Source: Lytechinus pictus (Eukaryota). Taken from it: a DNA stretch of 64,000 nucleotides. The stretch's first letter is position 1; the number at the start of each line of letters is the position of its first letter. The position numbers were made by a program, and so were the translations under genes. Positions 23,030-36,802 of the stretch are shown piece after piece. The stretch is from assembly GCF_037042905.1 (NCBI RefSeq), contig NC_087252.1:3474001-3538000 (forward strand), given 5' to 3'. The notes beneath the pieces are model-generated. The model did no database searches and was not told where the DNA came from. It saw only the letters and a list, made by a program, of their open reading frames with translations.

Positions 23030-25400
23030 AGGGTTGCTTCTCAACAACTTCGAGATTATTCATGTTTCCTCTTCAAGTCTGGACTTAAGGATTTTGATCA
23101 CTGCATTTCTCAACCTCGATCTCGTCTATTTAGATCATTACGTTAGACCATAAATCCGGCCTATTCAAATAAAACCGGGTTTCTCATCCTGGGGTCTGAA
23201 AACCATTGCAACCACTGTCATCCAATGTGGACCATAGCAAGCCAAGTTTAAGCCCTGTCCCTTCGTACACCAGTCCACTCAAGCCAAGTCTCCTCGTACA
23301 TCAGTCTGGGTCTAGGCTTGATCACTTGTGCCCTGGCCAATTCACTTCAGACTCCACGTCCCTGGAGAGGTAAAAAACAAACAAATCTTCCGGCAGAGTA
23401 TTGTTCAACACAACGTAACAAGAATGTGTGCAAGGAATTCCATACCTGTTCCCTTATACTTTCCACAACTAATCTCCTTTAACTTGCAACGCTCCGGAAT
23501 TGCAATGAAAGGGGATTTTCCAAAACATGGTAATAATTGGGTTTTTTCTTGGGCTCTTTTGAGCATTTCGGGGGCACAAACGCCCTCAACTTACCCTCCT
23601 CAACTGGAATGATACAATTAACATATATTTTATTGTGGTTATGCTTTACGCCATCTTGTAAACTCGAGGCCGGCGTGAAGGGATAAGCGGTATGCTCTGG
23701 ACACTGCATGGGCATACATTGACTAGATTTCCGAACTGAAATTTGGTAATAGAGGTCTGTAGAAAATGACGTATCTTAGCATTCCCCAACCTCATCAAGC
23801 AACTAAACTGCCAGTTAATTCATGTAGGTCCAGAACAAGATGAAGTTGACCAAGCAAATAACTATTATTACACACGCCCAATGGACAGCAAAATACGGTA
23901 CATTGACCTATACCTCTACCATCTATCTCTATGAATAATATCGTTTTAGTACCAGTAGGCGAATGCCGTTTATTTCATCGTATTTGTCGTATCCCTGTTC
24001 ACACCGAAGGCAGCCACCCCTAGTTTCATTTATAGGCCCTATCCTGTTCATTTTGGGGAATGTGGTTACAAAATACCAGCTGATCAATGCATGAGCTCAA
24101 ATTATCGTGGGAACCAGCTTGGTGTGTGGAGCATCGTTTATTTCTTTTTTTTTGTGTATTTTGTAGCATAAGCCCGGACTCAGCTGGCGAAACAGAATGT
24201 TGATCCTTTAATTAGATCCAATACCGAAAACTCATATTGTGATAGGTGTTTACCTAATATTTGATCATTCAACTCAGTTCACTGTTCAACGCTGCCTTTG
24301 GCGAGTGGGGCGCGGCGCCAAGCCCTCGAGAAAATGTAAACCCTAACTTACGTGTATGTAATTTACCGTACAAAGTTATACAGTGTCTACGATGATTTGA
24401 CCCTTTAATACCAAGGCTCTCATAAAGTCATATTGAATCAACTTAACTCATGGACCAACTCATTACTCAACTCCCGTCGCAAACCATGCCAGTCGAAGCT
24501 AGCCTAGGTCCCTCAGTGTTCATTTATCCTGCATGCCCGCAACCACCTTAATATGGAAAAGTGTTCGGTCCTATTAGATCGATATCGTATATCATAGTAG
24601 GCCCTAGATCCAAAGCCAAAGGGGTTATAGGGATAGATCCAGGCCCATAGAACATTTAGTCTATGTTGGAACTGGATTTGGTCACTAGATATAGATCTAG
24701 TAGGCCTATCACAAGTTACATAACGTTAGAGTTCCGGGCCCTGAGTAATAGCTATAATAGCGGCCGGTTCAGGCCAAAATCATTTAGGGTCTAGGTCAAC
24801 ATGTGCAACTACAAGTACAAACATGGATCCAAACACTCACCGGGTCAGGATACACTGTGGTCCGGGCCCTAACTCTACTCCATTCGCATCAACACTCAAT
24901 TAGATCCAGCTCCATCGAACTCGAAGCGTCGCCGGCATTTCATCACAGGCACAGCCTCAAAAGACAATCGGCCTAGGCCTAGTTGTACTCGTAGGAGATA
25001 AACAACTCCGGCAAATATCCTCATTCACGGTATTGGTCAGAGTAGGGTGTCGATAGACCGTGGCAAAATAGTGGTCGATCTAACGATAGACCTCTAAGGA
25101 GAACGGTGATCCCGGCCTTACTGAGATAGTCCTTGTAGCGAGTGTATGGGTTCGATAAGTATCCGTCCATCCCTTCAATGCAGGTCCACCAGCGTGTCGT
25201 TAGTGAGATCTAATTCTGAACGGCTAGCCATGCATTCATAATGTTGATAAAAACGCTGAAAATTAATTTACCCGGGATCCATTTTATCCTGACATCCCTG
25301 TGACCAGGGATGAGCAACACTAGTACTTGATTTGTTTGTATTAGCCTGCTAAAGTGAGGGCTAATCTATGATGATCCAAGAGCGGTTTGATAGCGAACTA

Positions 25401-25764
25401 CAAATTAATGTCTTGCATCCCCCAGAGCTGAGTTGAGAATGAACATGTGCTTCCAAATCTGTCGCGTATTGCGCACGTCCCTGAATTCTTTCAATGCATT
25501 TCATTGGTTCTTTTTGCGTAGAGGCTGTGCCCCCGTTGCCGTTGCCTGGCTGTCACCAAGTGCGCTGTGTGACGGCGCCGCCCATGACATGCACAGCCAA
25601 TCACAGACCTGTTGCTGGGGGCGTGCATGTCCTTGGAGAATTACCGCGGAATTGCAGGGGCGCGCTTTGTTTTCGCGGGCCGTGTATGGCTTGCCAATAA
25701 TTTTATGAGAAGACCTGTCTTCTCTCGCAAACTATCTTATTCGCTTATTCGAATAATCTTTATT
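25401..25764. repeat. 370-bp direct repeat, copy 2
   Basis: Near-identical to 16148-16516. Confidence 0.95.
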
Positions 25765-26235
25765 TTGTTTTAAATGTGTACTATTACTTCGATTACATTT
25801 GTTGATTTTGTTGAACGGAAATAAATAAATCTAAAATCTAATCTAATCTAGGAAAAAAAAATGACAAGCAAAAAAAAGGGGGGTGGAATCAACCCAAAAT
25901 TTAGGGGGGGCGCAAGAAAACAAATTTAGTAAGCAAAAAAAAAGGGTTATCTACCCAAAATTTAGGGGGAGGTGCAAAACAAAATAAATAATCTGACAAG
26001 CAAAAAAAAAGGTTATCAACCAGAATTTTAGGGTGGACCACAAACATTTTAGGGGGGTCCACCTGAATTTAGGAGGAACGCAGGTAAACAAAACTGACAG
26101 GCAACCCCCCCCCCCAAAAAAAAAAAAAGGGGTTATCAACATAAATTTTAGGAGGGGGGTCTGTCCCCCACTTAAAATTTAGGGGGGACAGGATCCCCCC
26201 CCCCCCCGCTTCCGCTGCCTATGCTATGAACAAAC

Positions 26236-26692
26236 CGCATACATTCGTAATTCCGAAGGTTCGCAAGTCTGAAAACGAAATGAGGTTCGTAATTCCGAAG
26301 GTTCGTTAGTCCGAAAACAAAGTGAGGTTCGTAATTCCGAAGGTTCGTTAATCCGAAAACGAAATGAGGTTCGTAATTCCGAAGGTTTGTTAGTCCGAAA
26401 ACGTAATGATTAACGAACCTTATTTCGTTTTCGGACTAACGAACCTTCGGAACAACGAACCTTATTTCGTTTTCGGATTAACGAACCTTCGGAACAACGA
26501 ACCTTATTTCGTTTTTGGACTAACGAACCTTCGGAACATCGAACCTTATTTCGTTTTCGGATTATCGAACCTTCGAACGAACCTTAGGAATAACGCCACA
26601 AATGTTCGGATTAACGAACCCTTTTACGTTTTCGGATTAACGAACATCGAAGTATAGGCACTTTACGTGTTTCGGAATTACGAAGTGTAACC
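26236..26692. mobile_element. Foldback MITE made of inverted tandem arrays of about 40-bp units, 8-bp TSD (MULE/Merlin-like)
   Basis: (gttcgtaattccgaaggttcgttagtccgaaaacgaaatgag)n followed by its reverse complement. TSD gaacaaac at 26228-26235 and 26693-26700. Confidence 0.75.
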
Positions 26693-27289
26693 GAACAAAC
26701 TGGGGAGAGGATAATTGAATAGGGTGGGTGTGACAGACGGACAGAGGAACACTCTTAAAATTCGAGTCCCCCTCATGGAAAAGATTATTTGAATAGAGAG
26801 AAAAAACACATAATGCTGAAAATTTAATCAAAATCGGAAGTAACATATGAAAGTTATGACAATTTTAAGTTTCACTTAAGCGATGATATTTTCATTGTGA
26901 TGCTTGTTTGATTTTTCTCTTTTTATTCCAATCAACTCTCTTTTGGGGTGGACTTGTTCTTTAAATAAAAGGGGGTTTCAAGCCCAGTGTTATAAGCCCG
27001 CATAACATAGAAAGTCCTCGCCCTATCCCTAAGATGTTATTTGGCAATGCCTCCAAATACCCCTAGACAAGTCAAGGATTTCATCCATTCTTCCTCAGGT
27101 GAGAAAAACACCAACCCCTTCAAAATTACGTTGAACAAACAAGTCAATCTACCATATAACCAAAACCGTATACAAAAAGAAAAAAAAATTGTTTTTTTAC
27201 CTCCCAGCATACAACTTGCCTGCCGACCTGTTTCCGCACCTGCCATGCTCCTCTTTGCACCTCTAATTGTACCTGCACCCCCTCTCTCT

Positions 27290-27560
27290 CCCTACATTTG
27301 CCTCTCTGTTCCTCTCTCATTATCACAATTATTGTAACCATGTTGTTATTTTTTATTATAATTATTGTTATTACTATTATCATTTATTCTAATTTGGTTC
27401 ACTCTTTCGTTGTTACCTTCGATATTTTGTATAGCCTCCTTTTAAACTGTATTCCGTCTCTCCTTTATACTTTAGTTTTGTAATATACGTATTGAAACTA
27501 AGTTACGGGGGCTTGCCTCCTATACAAGCTTCGCTTTTCTTGGCAAGCCCCTGCGTTCTG
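27290..27560 (+). mobile_element. 3' UTR fragment of an L2/Crack-type LINE
   Basis: Hairpin ggggcttgcc...tacaagcttcgcttttcttggcaagcccc. Confidence 0.45.
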
Positions 27561-27629
27561 TTTTATATAGTTATTATAGTCAAAGTTACCTAAGTTTGCA
27601 TTAGTTCTCATTGTTTATATATATATATT

Positions 27630-29430
27630 TTTTTTAACAGTATAGATAGGTTACATTTTAATTTTAAAAAATACATACAAAAACAACAAAGGGAAAAGAA
27701 AAGAAACATAGAGAAGCAATACAGGTCTGTTCGTCTACATTACCCAAAATCTAATAGACTCCATTTTTTTTTAAATCTATACATAGTAGAGTCCCTATAA
27801 GCAATACACTTTTCTGTTTGGTACACTTGTTTTAATTTACTGGTAAACAAATCAAAACAAGGAAGGATATTAATATATCTACACAGATATAAAGTTTTCT
27901 TTGCTACAATAAGGCAATGATTCAATAACACATCTTGCTTGTTTTTAATTCCGAATAAAATCTCTTCATCCTTTACTTGGATAATTTCTTTTTTAAATTT
28001 AGTATGCCACCATCTTAGAAATTTATTCCAAAAATATCGAGTATGCGAACATTCTACCAACAGGTGTTCAATTGTTTCCTGTTCTTGTTTACAAAAAGAA
28101 CACATCTCATTATCTACAACTTTCTTTTTCTTTAACTTTGCATTTACCAGTAGGCATCTTGTATTTATTTTATATTGAAATATTCTTGTTCTTGTATCTG
28201 GAATAACTTTAAAAGGCAACTCGTAAATAAAACTAAAATCATCTTCACTTATATCATACCTTGATCTCCAATATATTTCAGAAGTAGGGGTTCGGTATTT
28301 ATCTTCTTTTAATATCATATTTATGATCTTGGTTGATAATTTTGATATAAATATTTTTTTATTACCAAAAACTATAAAAATATCTAACTTTTTTAACAGA
28401 TGTCGCCTCTCGAAACAACGAGCTTTAACTGTCTGTGGAATAGCAGAAACAATTGAACTCCAAAGAAGATAGTTTTTAAAGCCAATTTGTTGCCACTTTA
28501 TAAAAGGGATTAATTGACCATTTTGATCAAATAAATCTTGTACAAACCAAACACCAATATTGAACAATTCCTTCACAAAACAACTGACACCAGCTGTTTT
28601 TATTTGTCTATTATTCCAAATAATACTTTCATGAGAAAATGCATCATGGTTACTCAGATCTCTTAACTCAAAATAGGCATATAAAACCTCTTTATAAAAA
28701 GAGGGTACACATCTTAGTTTTAAACAATATTTTTTATCAAAATAACAATAAAGTAAAAAGTGACCACCATATTTTCTTATAAAATGATTAAAATATATTT
28801 TCCATGAAGAAAGTCCTTCATCAAAAAATCTTACTATCCATTTTATTTTGAGTGCCTTAAACATTGAACGAATATCGATCATATTCAGTCCCCCTTTAGA
28901 ATAAGGGGCAATCAGTGTTAACTTTTTTATATAGTTCTTTTTTCCATTCCATAAAAAGGCATGTATAGTTTTTTCAAGTTCTTCCACAACGTGTTCAGGG
29001 ACAGACAAAACTGAGGCACAAAATATGAACTTTGACAATGCAAAAGTTTTTAAGATTTGTATCTTTCCTATCAGAGTAAGATTACGTTTTCGCCAAATAT
29101 TTAGCAATACCTTTACATCCTTGATACATCTGTCAAAATTAAGCTTTAAAGCTAAATAAGTATCATAAGAAAAAAAAATTTCAAGACCCTTAATTGGGTT
29201 TTCTGGCCACTCAATATCAAAATATTTATCTTGAGATTCTCTAAACGAGTCCAACCACATGGCTTTACACTTATCTCTGTTTATTTTCAAACCAGAAAAA
29301 GAGGAAAATTTATCTATAACTGAAGAAGCTTTCTCTGCGGACTTTTTGTCCGCTAAAATCAATGTCGTGTCATCGGCATATTGGGCAAGTTCAATCATAT
29401 TTTCATTTATAAGAATTCCTTTAATTTCAT
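27630..29430 (-). mobile_element. 5'-truncated L1/Tx1-clade LINE; ORF2 C-terminal part (RT palm/thumb plus CCHC zinc knuckle), open frame 27740 to about 29430
   Basis: IKGILIN..IELAQYADDTTLIL, FSGLKINRDK, WRKRNLTLIGKIQILK, FLWNG, KGGLNMID, CSFCKQEQETIEHLLVEC. The first ~85 aa of the 649-aa track ORF are read-through from an adjacent unrelated repeat. Confidence 0.93.
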
Positions 29431-31424
29431 TCACTCGTCTTCCTCCTCTTATTTTCCTCTTATTCTTTTTTCTTCTGTCTTTCTTCTTCTTTTTTTTTCT
29501 TTTTTCTCCCTTTTTTCTTTTTTTTTTTGCTCTGCCAATTTTTTTCCGGGGGGGGCACATGGGGGGGGGGACACCAAATCTCAGGGGGGAGGGGGCATGT
29601 GCCCCAAGGCCCCCTGTAGCTACGCCACTGTGTCCGAGCTGAAATATATTTTGTATATTGACTTCAAAACTTGATATTTTAAGCTCCATATCAGCTTATT
29701 GAGCAAGATATAAATCTCATCGATCTGGCAGTTCGAGCACGAAGCGTGAGCGAAAATTTTATTTAGTAACATGATTTTTTTTTTGCAAGTCTTCCCCCAA
29801 TATTATCTTATTCATTCGTCCTCCTCTTATTTTCCTCTTCTTTTTTTCCTTTTGTCTTACCCCTTCTTCCTTTTTTCTTTACTTCTCTCTCCTTTTAATT
29901 TTGCTCCGCCAATTTTTTTCAGGGGGGCACCGGGGGGGGGGACACACCAAGTCTCTGGGGGGGGGCATGTGCTCCCAGGTCCCCCGTAGCTACGCCACTG
30001 CGTCTACACCCTTAGGGGTGATCGTAAAGGGACAAGGTAAGGTGCAGATGTACACCCCCAAATAGGAGTGCGCTCTGTACACCCATATTCGGGGTGCACG
30101 TGTGCAACGCTAGGGGTACTCGTATAGTACTCGTATAGGGACAGCCTGTGCACCCGTAGGCATGCTAGGAGTGTAAAATTGACGAACCCGAATTTCGTAG
30201 TGTGTAGGATGGGCGACGAGACGACTGTCGCCTATCACCCACCCCGGATCGCATCCACTGGTCGGTATTACTTCACAATAAGGCTACAGTGAAAAATGAC
30301 TCCTCCAACATCGACGTGACTACGACGATAGTTATTGTTTATTCTTTTTTGTTGTTTAAGTCCGCGGTAAGTTTATTTATTACCTTTTAACTTATCAAAC
30401 TTAAAAAAAATTGTATCTACCAGGGTAAAATTTGTTTGTGATTTTATCTGAAAGGCTATGCTCCTCCTCCTGAAAATTTTCACAAAATTTACGAAAAGCA
30501 TGCACAAAATCCTTCAATTTTACTTGGCAAAAAGCAACAACGCTTCAATTACAAGCTCTGTCGCTTCGCTCACTCGCTTTTGATTTTTTAAAGGTGTATG
30601 CAAGCTGCCACCCAATCGAGAAATGTCTGCGTACGTTTTTTAAGTCAGCTAACTTAGGTCAGGTCTAAGATCACTGACATGTGTACAAAGGGGACAGTAA
30701 CAGTACAAGAAATTTACATCACTTGAAAGGGTGTAAATGTAAATACACTTTAATCTTACTTAAATGCAAAATGCAATGCGATACTAAAATTCGGTCTCCT
30801 GGCTCTCCAAACATATTAGATGTATCCTTAGTAGTGAGGTCTAGCTCAAATAATGAAAAGGAATATTTTCGACACAAAACATTTCAAGCTAGCGAAGAGA
30901 GAAAAAAGAAATCCATGCTTACAGCGCATTCCTGCCTAAAAAAAATATTTCTAAGTTACGGTAAAAAAACCCTTTAAAAAAAAAAAAAATTTAATGATTT
31001 TTTTAAAATTCACAATACATTGGAAGCTTCTCGATTATGACGTCGCAAATAAAATCCAAATGAATTATGAAATCTTTATAACTCTTATTTGATTTTCCTC
31101 AAACTTTCGCCTATATTTTTTTCTGCTATATTTACAATAAAGTTTGGCAGGTGAACTTTCCCTTCAATACAATCGGGAAGTACTACAAGCGCGTGCAAAA
31201 AGTCGCGTGACTAGTCGACGATCGATATTAGCGAAAAAAAAGGAGTTATAATAATTATTCGGCGAATGTGGGGCAAATTTCATTATGAAAAAATAAGCCA
31301 ACCCTCCATATAAATAAAATAATTGGATATATGAATTACGTTTTATTTTTTGGGGGAGGGGATTACAGGGCGTAATAAAAATTGTTCGGTTCCGCCTATT
31401 TGATAGGCCTACCTTAAAAAAGAC

Positions 31425-31491
31425 ATGGCGTCTTCGGCTTCCATGTTTGTTCTGAAGCTTATAGTTGCAGCAATGCTTCGCTCGAAGACAG
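31425..31491 (+). CDS. IgSF V-C1-TM gene, candidate exon 1 (signal peptide)
   Basis: gacATGg context; MASSASMFVLKLIVAAMLRSKT; phase-1 donor cag|gtattg. Joins exon 2 in frame to give ...KTGTNA-QIRSF, a plausible cleavage site. Linkage across 21 kb is inferred. Confidence 0.6.
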
Positions 31492-31792
31492 GTATTGATA
31501 TTTTAGTTCTCGATATAAAATAGCCGGATTTTTTTTAATTCAGTTTTTAATTTATGTATCTATTAGATAATACCGGGAAATGAATTGGAAATATTTTTGT
31601 ATGTCATGTACACTGTAAAAAATGAAGTGCTAATTTAGCACTTACAGTGCATGTAACGAGTGCTGATTTTCTAGTTTAAATTTAATTGGAGATAGACGGC
31701 TTTATTCAGAATTATTGGTGGGGAAGGTTTGGCAAGCTTATCCGGAGTATAATTTTGCGCTGATTCCAGAAATCTAACTCTTATTGACCGTA

Positions 31793-34700
31793 CTCACGAC
31801 ATTTTGGACATTTTGGCTATTTTTTTAAACCAAAAATGACCAATAACATAAGTTCATTTTATCCAAAAATACTTTGAATGTTACCAGAACTGCTACAAGG
31901 GTGTGCTGTGACACTTAAAATTGGTGCATTAATCCTATAAAATAAACATTTCAAAAGTATTTTGACCTCATGTACTCCGTCAGTTTTGACCTATGAGGGT
32001 CATTTGGGTACTTTAGACATAACTGACCAATCTTGCAGTTTTTGCATGATAAACTGTGCAAATCGGCAAGAATTTGAGGTCTTCAGTGTACTTTATCTTC
32101 TTCCTTTATAAGAATAGGAATGCATTCATAGTCCTTCCTGTGTAGAATTTATTGCTGATTCCGAATATGTCAGTCCTAATGACCCCATTTAAAAGATTAT
32201 GGTCATTTTGGCCACCTTTGGAACCCCAAATGACCAATACCATCTGTTAAATGCTTCAAATTATCCAAAAATGAATTACTAGAATCGTTACAAGGGTGTG
32301 CCGTGACACCTTACACTGGTGTATTAATCATTTAAATTGAGTGTCCCAAATATATTTTGACCACCTTGGTCATTTTGGCCACATTGGCCCCTGCCCAATG
32401 TGTATACTAAATCAGCCTACAGCGATCATGGTGAGGAGACATTTCAGGATTTTGTTACTGTTAGCATCAATTAGTGTTAAATAGGAAAAGTTTGAAAGCT
32501 TTGGGGTGCAAATCAATGCAATGATTCCATATAAACTAATGGTATTGGCCAAACTATTGGACCCTGTGGTCATTTTGATAACTTTTTCCTCTATAATGAC
32601 CTATGACCATGCACACAGTATTTGATTTAAAAAGGGCTCAAATGTTGTTTAATATCAATATCCTTAAAAAGCTGTGTGCGCTATGAACGCCTTGAGCACC
32701 TAACAAGGTGGATATGTGTGCAATATAAATACCCTATATATTATTATTATCAGCCTGAGCTACGACACGAATAATCAAGAGTGTTAATTGAATGTGAATA
32801 AATTTTTAAAAACCTTCACATCAAGTTACATAAGGTTGTTTGACCATGCACTTTGGTAATTGTCATGACTCTAGGAACATTGACCATTTTGTGAATATTC
32901 ATGGAAACAAATATTGGATTTAGACATTTTTAGCATCATGATTTAATGTTAGATAGGACATATTAAAAACCTTTCTGAAGTAGAGTAATACAATTATTTC
33001 AAATATATTAGTCGTAATGACTATTTACTAACTAGTGGTCATTTTGCTCCCGTTTGGTCCCTACAATTAGCAATGACAGTTGCATGTATCAAAAGGATTC
33101 CAGTGTTGTTGCTCTGTATTTGTTTTTTGTAAGATGTGTTATAGCAATCATAATCAGTGACAAATTATTTAATTCAATATGATATTACTAATAGCACATA
33201 ATTAAAATGTGACCATTTTTATTTTGGCTACTTTGACCATTTATGCAATATGTGAATTTTGAAATAAACATGACTGAGCAGCAATTGTATGTCTATGAAA
33301 TGCGTTCAATCCCTTTTGATTGGAAATATTAAAGGCTCACCTTGACTAAGAATTGTGCCAAATATCTTGTGACTGTCTATTGTGGCCCCTTTGGTCACCA
33401 AATGGTCCTAAATAGCCAGCATTATTTTCCTTCTTAAAATTCAAAATATACTGAGAATCATTACAAAGCAAAGTTGGTCACAGTGAAGTTCACTAAGAGT
33501 TTTGACTATCATTCATTTTTCAATTCAATTCAATTCAATTCAATTCAAGTTTATTTTGCTCTCTGCATAAAAATGAACACAAGTGTGGTAAAATACATAG
33601 GAACAAAGTTTACATAACATCAAAGACATAAAAAAGCATTGAGAGGGAAGCAGCCAAAAAGGAAAAGAATATCCTTATAAAAAGGCCGACCCAACTTACT
33701 TTAAAAAGAATAATAATTATTGACAATATCAAAAGTAAAAAAAAAAAACAATTAGAAGACAATACAAAGGCATAGATACACAAATGGTAAGATTTAGATT
33801 ATATATATATATATAAATATTTACAAACAGGTTTAATTATCAAATATAAAGTTTCTGAAGTTACGTTTGAAAATATTAAATGAACAAGATGTTTTCAAAT
33901 TAACCGGCAAAGAATTCCAAAGTAGTGGGCCACGAAAGAAAATAGATTTATGAGAAAGGCAAGTTCTTATTTTAGGAAGGTGGAAGTTTGCAGCATTTCT
34001 AGTAGGGTATTCATGAATATTATAATTTAATTTAAAACAGTTCAATAAAAAAGAAGGTAAAAGTCCTTTAGAACATAGATACATAAAAAGTCCCATTTCA
34101 TACTTGTACATATCATAAATATTTAAAATTTTAAGTGAATGAAAAATAGGGGAGTTGTTTATAATTCTGACTGCACGTTTTTGAAGTTTATGTAATCTGT
34201 CTAAATAAATATTCGCAGCACTTCCCCAGGCAAGAATGCCATAATTTAAAAATGGTGAAATAATAGCATAATACAGCATCTTTAAAATATTTGGTGGGAA
34301 ATTATGCAATTTGTACATTATGCCTATGTTCTTAGATATCTTATTGCAGATGGCATCAATATGATTTAACCACGTTAATTTATTATCGATTATGACACCA
34401 AGAAATTTTAAAGATGAAACTTCTTTTATCATTGAACCACACAATTTTATATCAATTTCATTGGAGTTTATTTTCTTATTTGTAAATATCATAAAGTTAG
34501 TTTTAGAGACATTGAGGGATAACTTGTTCAAGTATAATTTTGACCATCTGTGTGGTTTTTTTTTACAATGCTTCACAAACCTCACATTGACATGATTGGT
34601 GAGCAGCAAATTTACTCTTAATTCTCTTGAAGAAATCCTGGGTAATAAAACACATTATATACATGAAATTATTCTCTGTGCCGATTTTTGGCAACTCTTT

Positions 34701-35935
34701 ATCAATTTAGGGCAAGTTTTCCACTGTCAAGTTCACAAACAAGGTCAATGTGAGGTGTGAGTAATGACGCATCTTTGAATTGAAGATTAGTGCCTTCCTC
34801 TAGAACATAGTCCTCTGTATAATTTAAATCAAGAAGGGGGGATGATGTTATCGCAATTTAAGGACCATATACAGTGACCAATTGGACCACATTAGACACT
34901 GGTGAGGTAGTTGACACAATTTTTACTCAAGGTGAGCTTGCAATATTTCCAATCGAAAGGGATTGAACGCATTTCCACAATTGCTCCTCAGTCATATTTA
35001 TCTACAATGTCACAAATTTATAAATGGTCAAAGTGGCCAAAATGACCAAAATGGTCCCAACATTTTGAATACGTATAACGTACTGTTACCATATTATGTT
35101 GAAATCAATAATTGATATAATACATTTTATCAACAATACGGAGTGACAACAACATTTGAATCCTTTTTAATACATGCAAATGTGATCGGTCATTGTCGAG
35201 ACCAAAAGCGACCAAAATGACCATTAGCTCATAAATGGTCATTAAGACTGATATATTTGGAATCGTTAATCTACATTAACTTGGAGAGGGTCCTAACATT
35301 ACATGTAAATGATGCTATCAAATGTGGTCAAGGTGGCTAAAATCATGTAAATGACCACAGTGCATGGTCAAACAATCTTATGTATGCTCGATGTAAAGAA
35401 TTTTATCACATTAATTTTTATCAACACTCTTCACCGATTATTGGAAGCTCATGCTGCCATGATACTGATCAACATTTGAGCCCTTTTTTAAATCATAAAA
35501 GCATGTGTGTTCACTGGTCAATAATGACGAAAAAGTGGTCAAAATGGCGACAGGGTCCAATATTTAGGCAAATTACACTGGTCTAAGTAGAATCATTTCA
35601 CCCAAAAGCTTTCAAACTTTCCCCATTTAACAATAATTGGTGCTAATATTCACGCAATTCTAAATTTCTCCTCATTATGTTCAATATAGCCTGAATTAAG
35701 AAACACAATGAGCAGGGCTAAATCGGGGGGGGGGGGGGGGGGGTCAAGGTGGCCAAATGACCAAGGTAGTCAAAATACTTTAGGGATGCTTAATTATAAG
35801 GATTCAATCACCAGTGTCACAGCACACTCTTGTTACGATTCTGGTAACATTCGAAGTAATTTTTAATAAATTGAACTGATGTTATTGGTCATGTTTGGTA
35901 AAAAATTGACCAAAATGGCCAAAATGTTGTGAGGG
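31793..35935. mobile_element. Old foldback-type element with kb-scale diverged inverted arms
   Basis: 31793-31915 mirrors 35812-35935, and 33280-33360 mirrors 34910-34995; intermediate blocks also mirror. A LINE is inserted in the middle. Confidence 0.75.
33520..34530 (-). mobile_element. 5'-truncated L2/Crack (CR1-group) LINE
   Basis: NKLSLNVSKTNFMIF..KFLGVIIDNKLTW..LNYGILAWG..LQKRAVRII..GPLLWNSLP; stop at 33833; 3' UTR hairpin, aataaa and (ttgaa)n tail at 33520-33555. Confidence 0.92.
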
Positions 35936-35974
35936 TGAATTATCGGATGGTTTAATACCACTGTGTTTTTTTAT

Positions 35975-36410
35975 CGGCTCGTCCAACTTCATATAGTCTA
36001 AAGTCATTTTGTCTACAAGTTCGTCTAATATCCAATTTGTCTATTTCCCATTTGGTCTAATATCAAATTCGTCTAATTCTCACTTGGTCTAATATCCAAT
36101 TAGTCTAATGAGCATTTGTGCTAAAGACATTTAGTCTAATTTCCAGTTGGTCTAACACCTCCTAACTTTCACTTCGGCTAATTTCCACTTAGTCTAATTT
36201 TCGTTTCGTCTAATTTCCACTTGGTCTAATATCCAATTGGTCTAATGATCAATTGGTCTAATAGCCAAATGGTCTAATGACCACTTGGTCTAATATCCAA
36301 TTGGTCTAATGACCATTTGGTCTAATCTCCAATTGGTCTAATTCCCAGTTGGGCTAATCGTTACTTGGTCTAACTTTCATCTGGTCTAATTCACACTTGG
36401 TCTAATCAAT
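35975..36410. repeat. Tandem array of 15-16-bp units (ttggtctaatNNccaN)
   Basis: More than 20 degenerate gtctaa-containing units; probably one arm of a repeat-filled DNA element. Confidence 0.85.
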
Positions 36411-36802
36411 TTATTCTAATTTGACATCATTCGTTATTATTTATTTTATCTAGAATTAACAAATGTGGTACGTAATGAATACATACTATGCATCAGTTGA
36501 TATTATAGAATGGATGAGAAAATCCCTGCAATCTGATTGGTTGAGAGCTATGCAAGTATTTTTCCTGGGCTGCATGAACGATATTCCGATCATCAAAACG
36601 ATATCCACTGTAAACAAGCTATCGCCCGAAAAGGTCATTGTTGGTGGATATACACATTGGTGTTAAACATGCTACTATATAGGGAAGGAAAAGATGATTA
36701 ATCACATTATTCTTTTAATAAAATATCTGATATTTGCTTACAGCAGGACTAAAAAGAGACCACCAAGTCCTAACGAAATTAGAAAAAAGATATTAGAAAA
36801 TG

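Larger units (their letters stand above)
15918..25764 (-). mobile_element. Probable decayed Ngaro-like (tyrosine-recombinase) retroelement with nested insertions
   Basis: Direct repeats at 16148-16516 and 25401-25764 lack TG..CA ends and a TSD. A ccctccctcccgccc segment follows the distal repeat on the minus strand. Weak, frameshifted minus-strand remnants occur in the expected order: YR-like (DDPLIDIKLKLV, TLDLL..LVSAL, FIRRG, FRVATEEAEYG), then SGNH-like (RWFGRDGL..TWD, FP..LPR). Confidence 0.45.

Noticed and set aside
16148..25764. Conventional LTR retrotransposon
   Set aside because: The repeats lack TG..CA ends, and no TSD, PBS/PPT or gag-pol/integrase motifs were recognised.
26244..26650. 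CRISPR-like regular repeats (also 19320-19470, 36811-37369, 43380-43700)
   Set aside because: No unique spacers and no cas genes; these are head-to-tail arrays inside TIR/TSD-bounded eukaryotic transposons.
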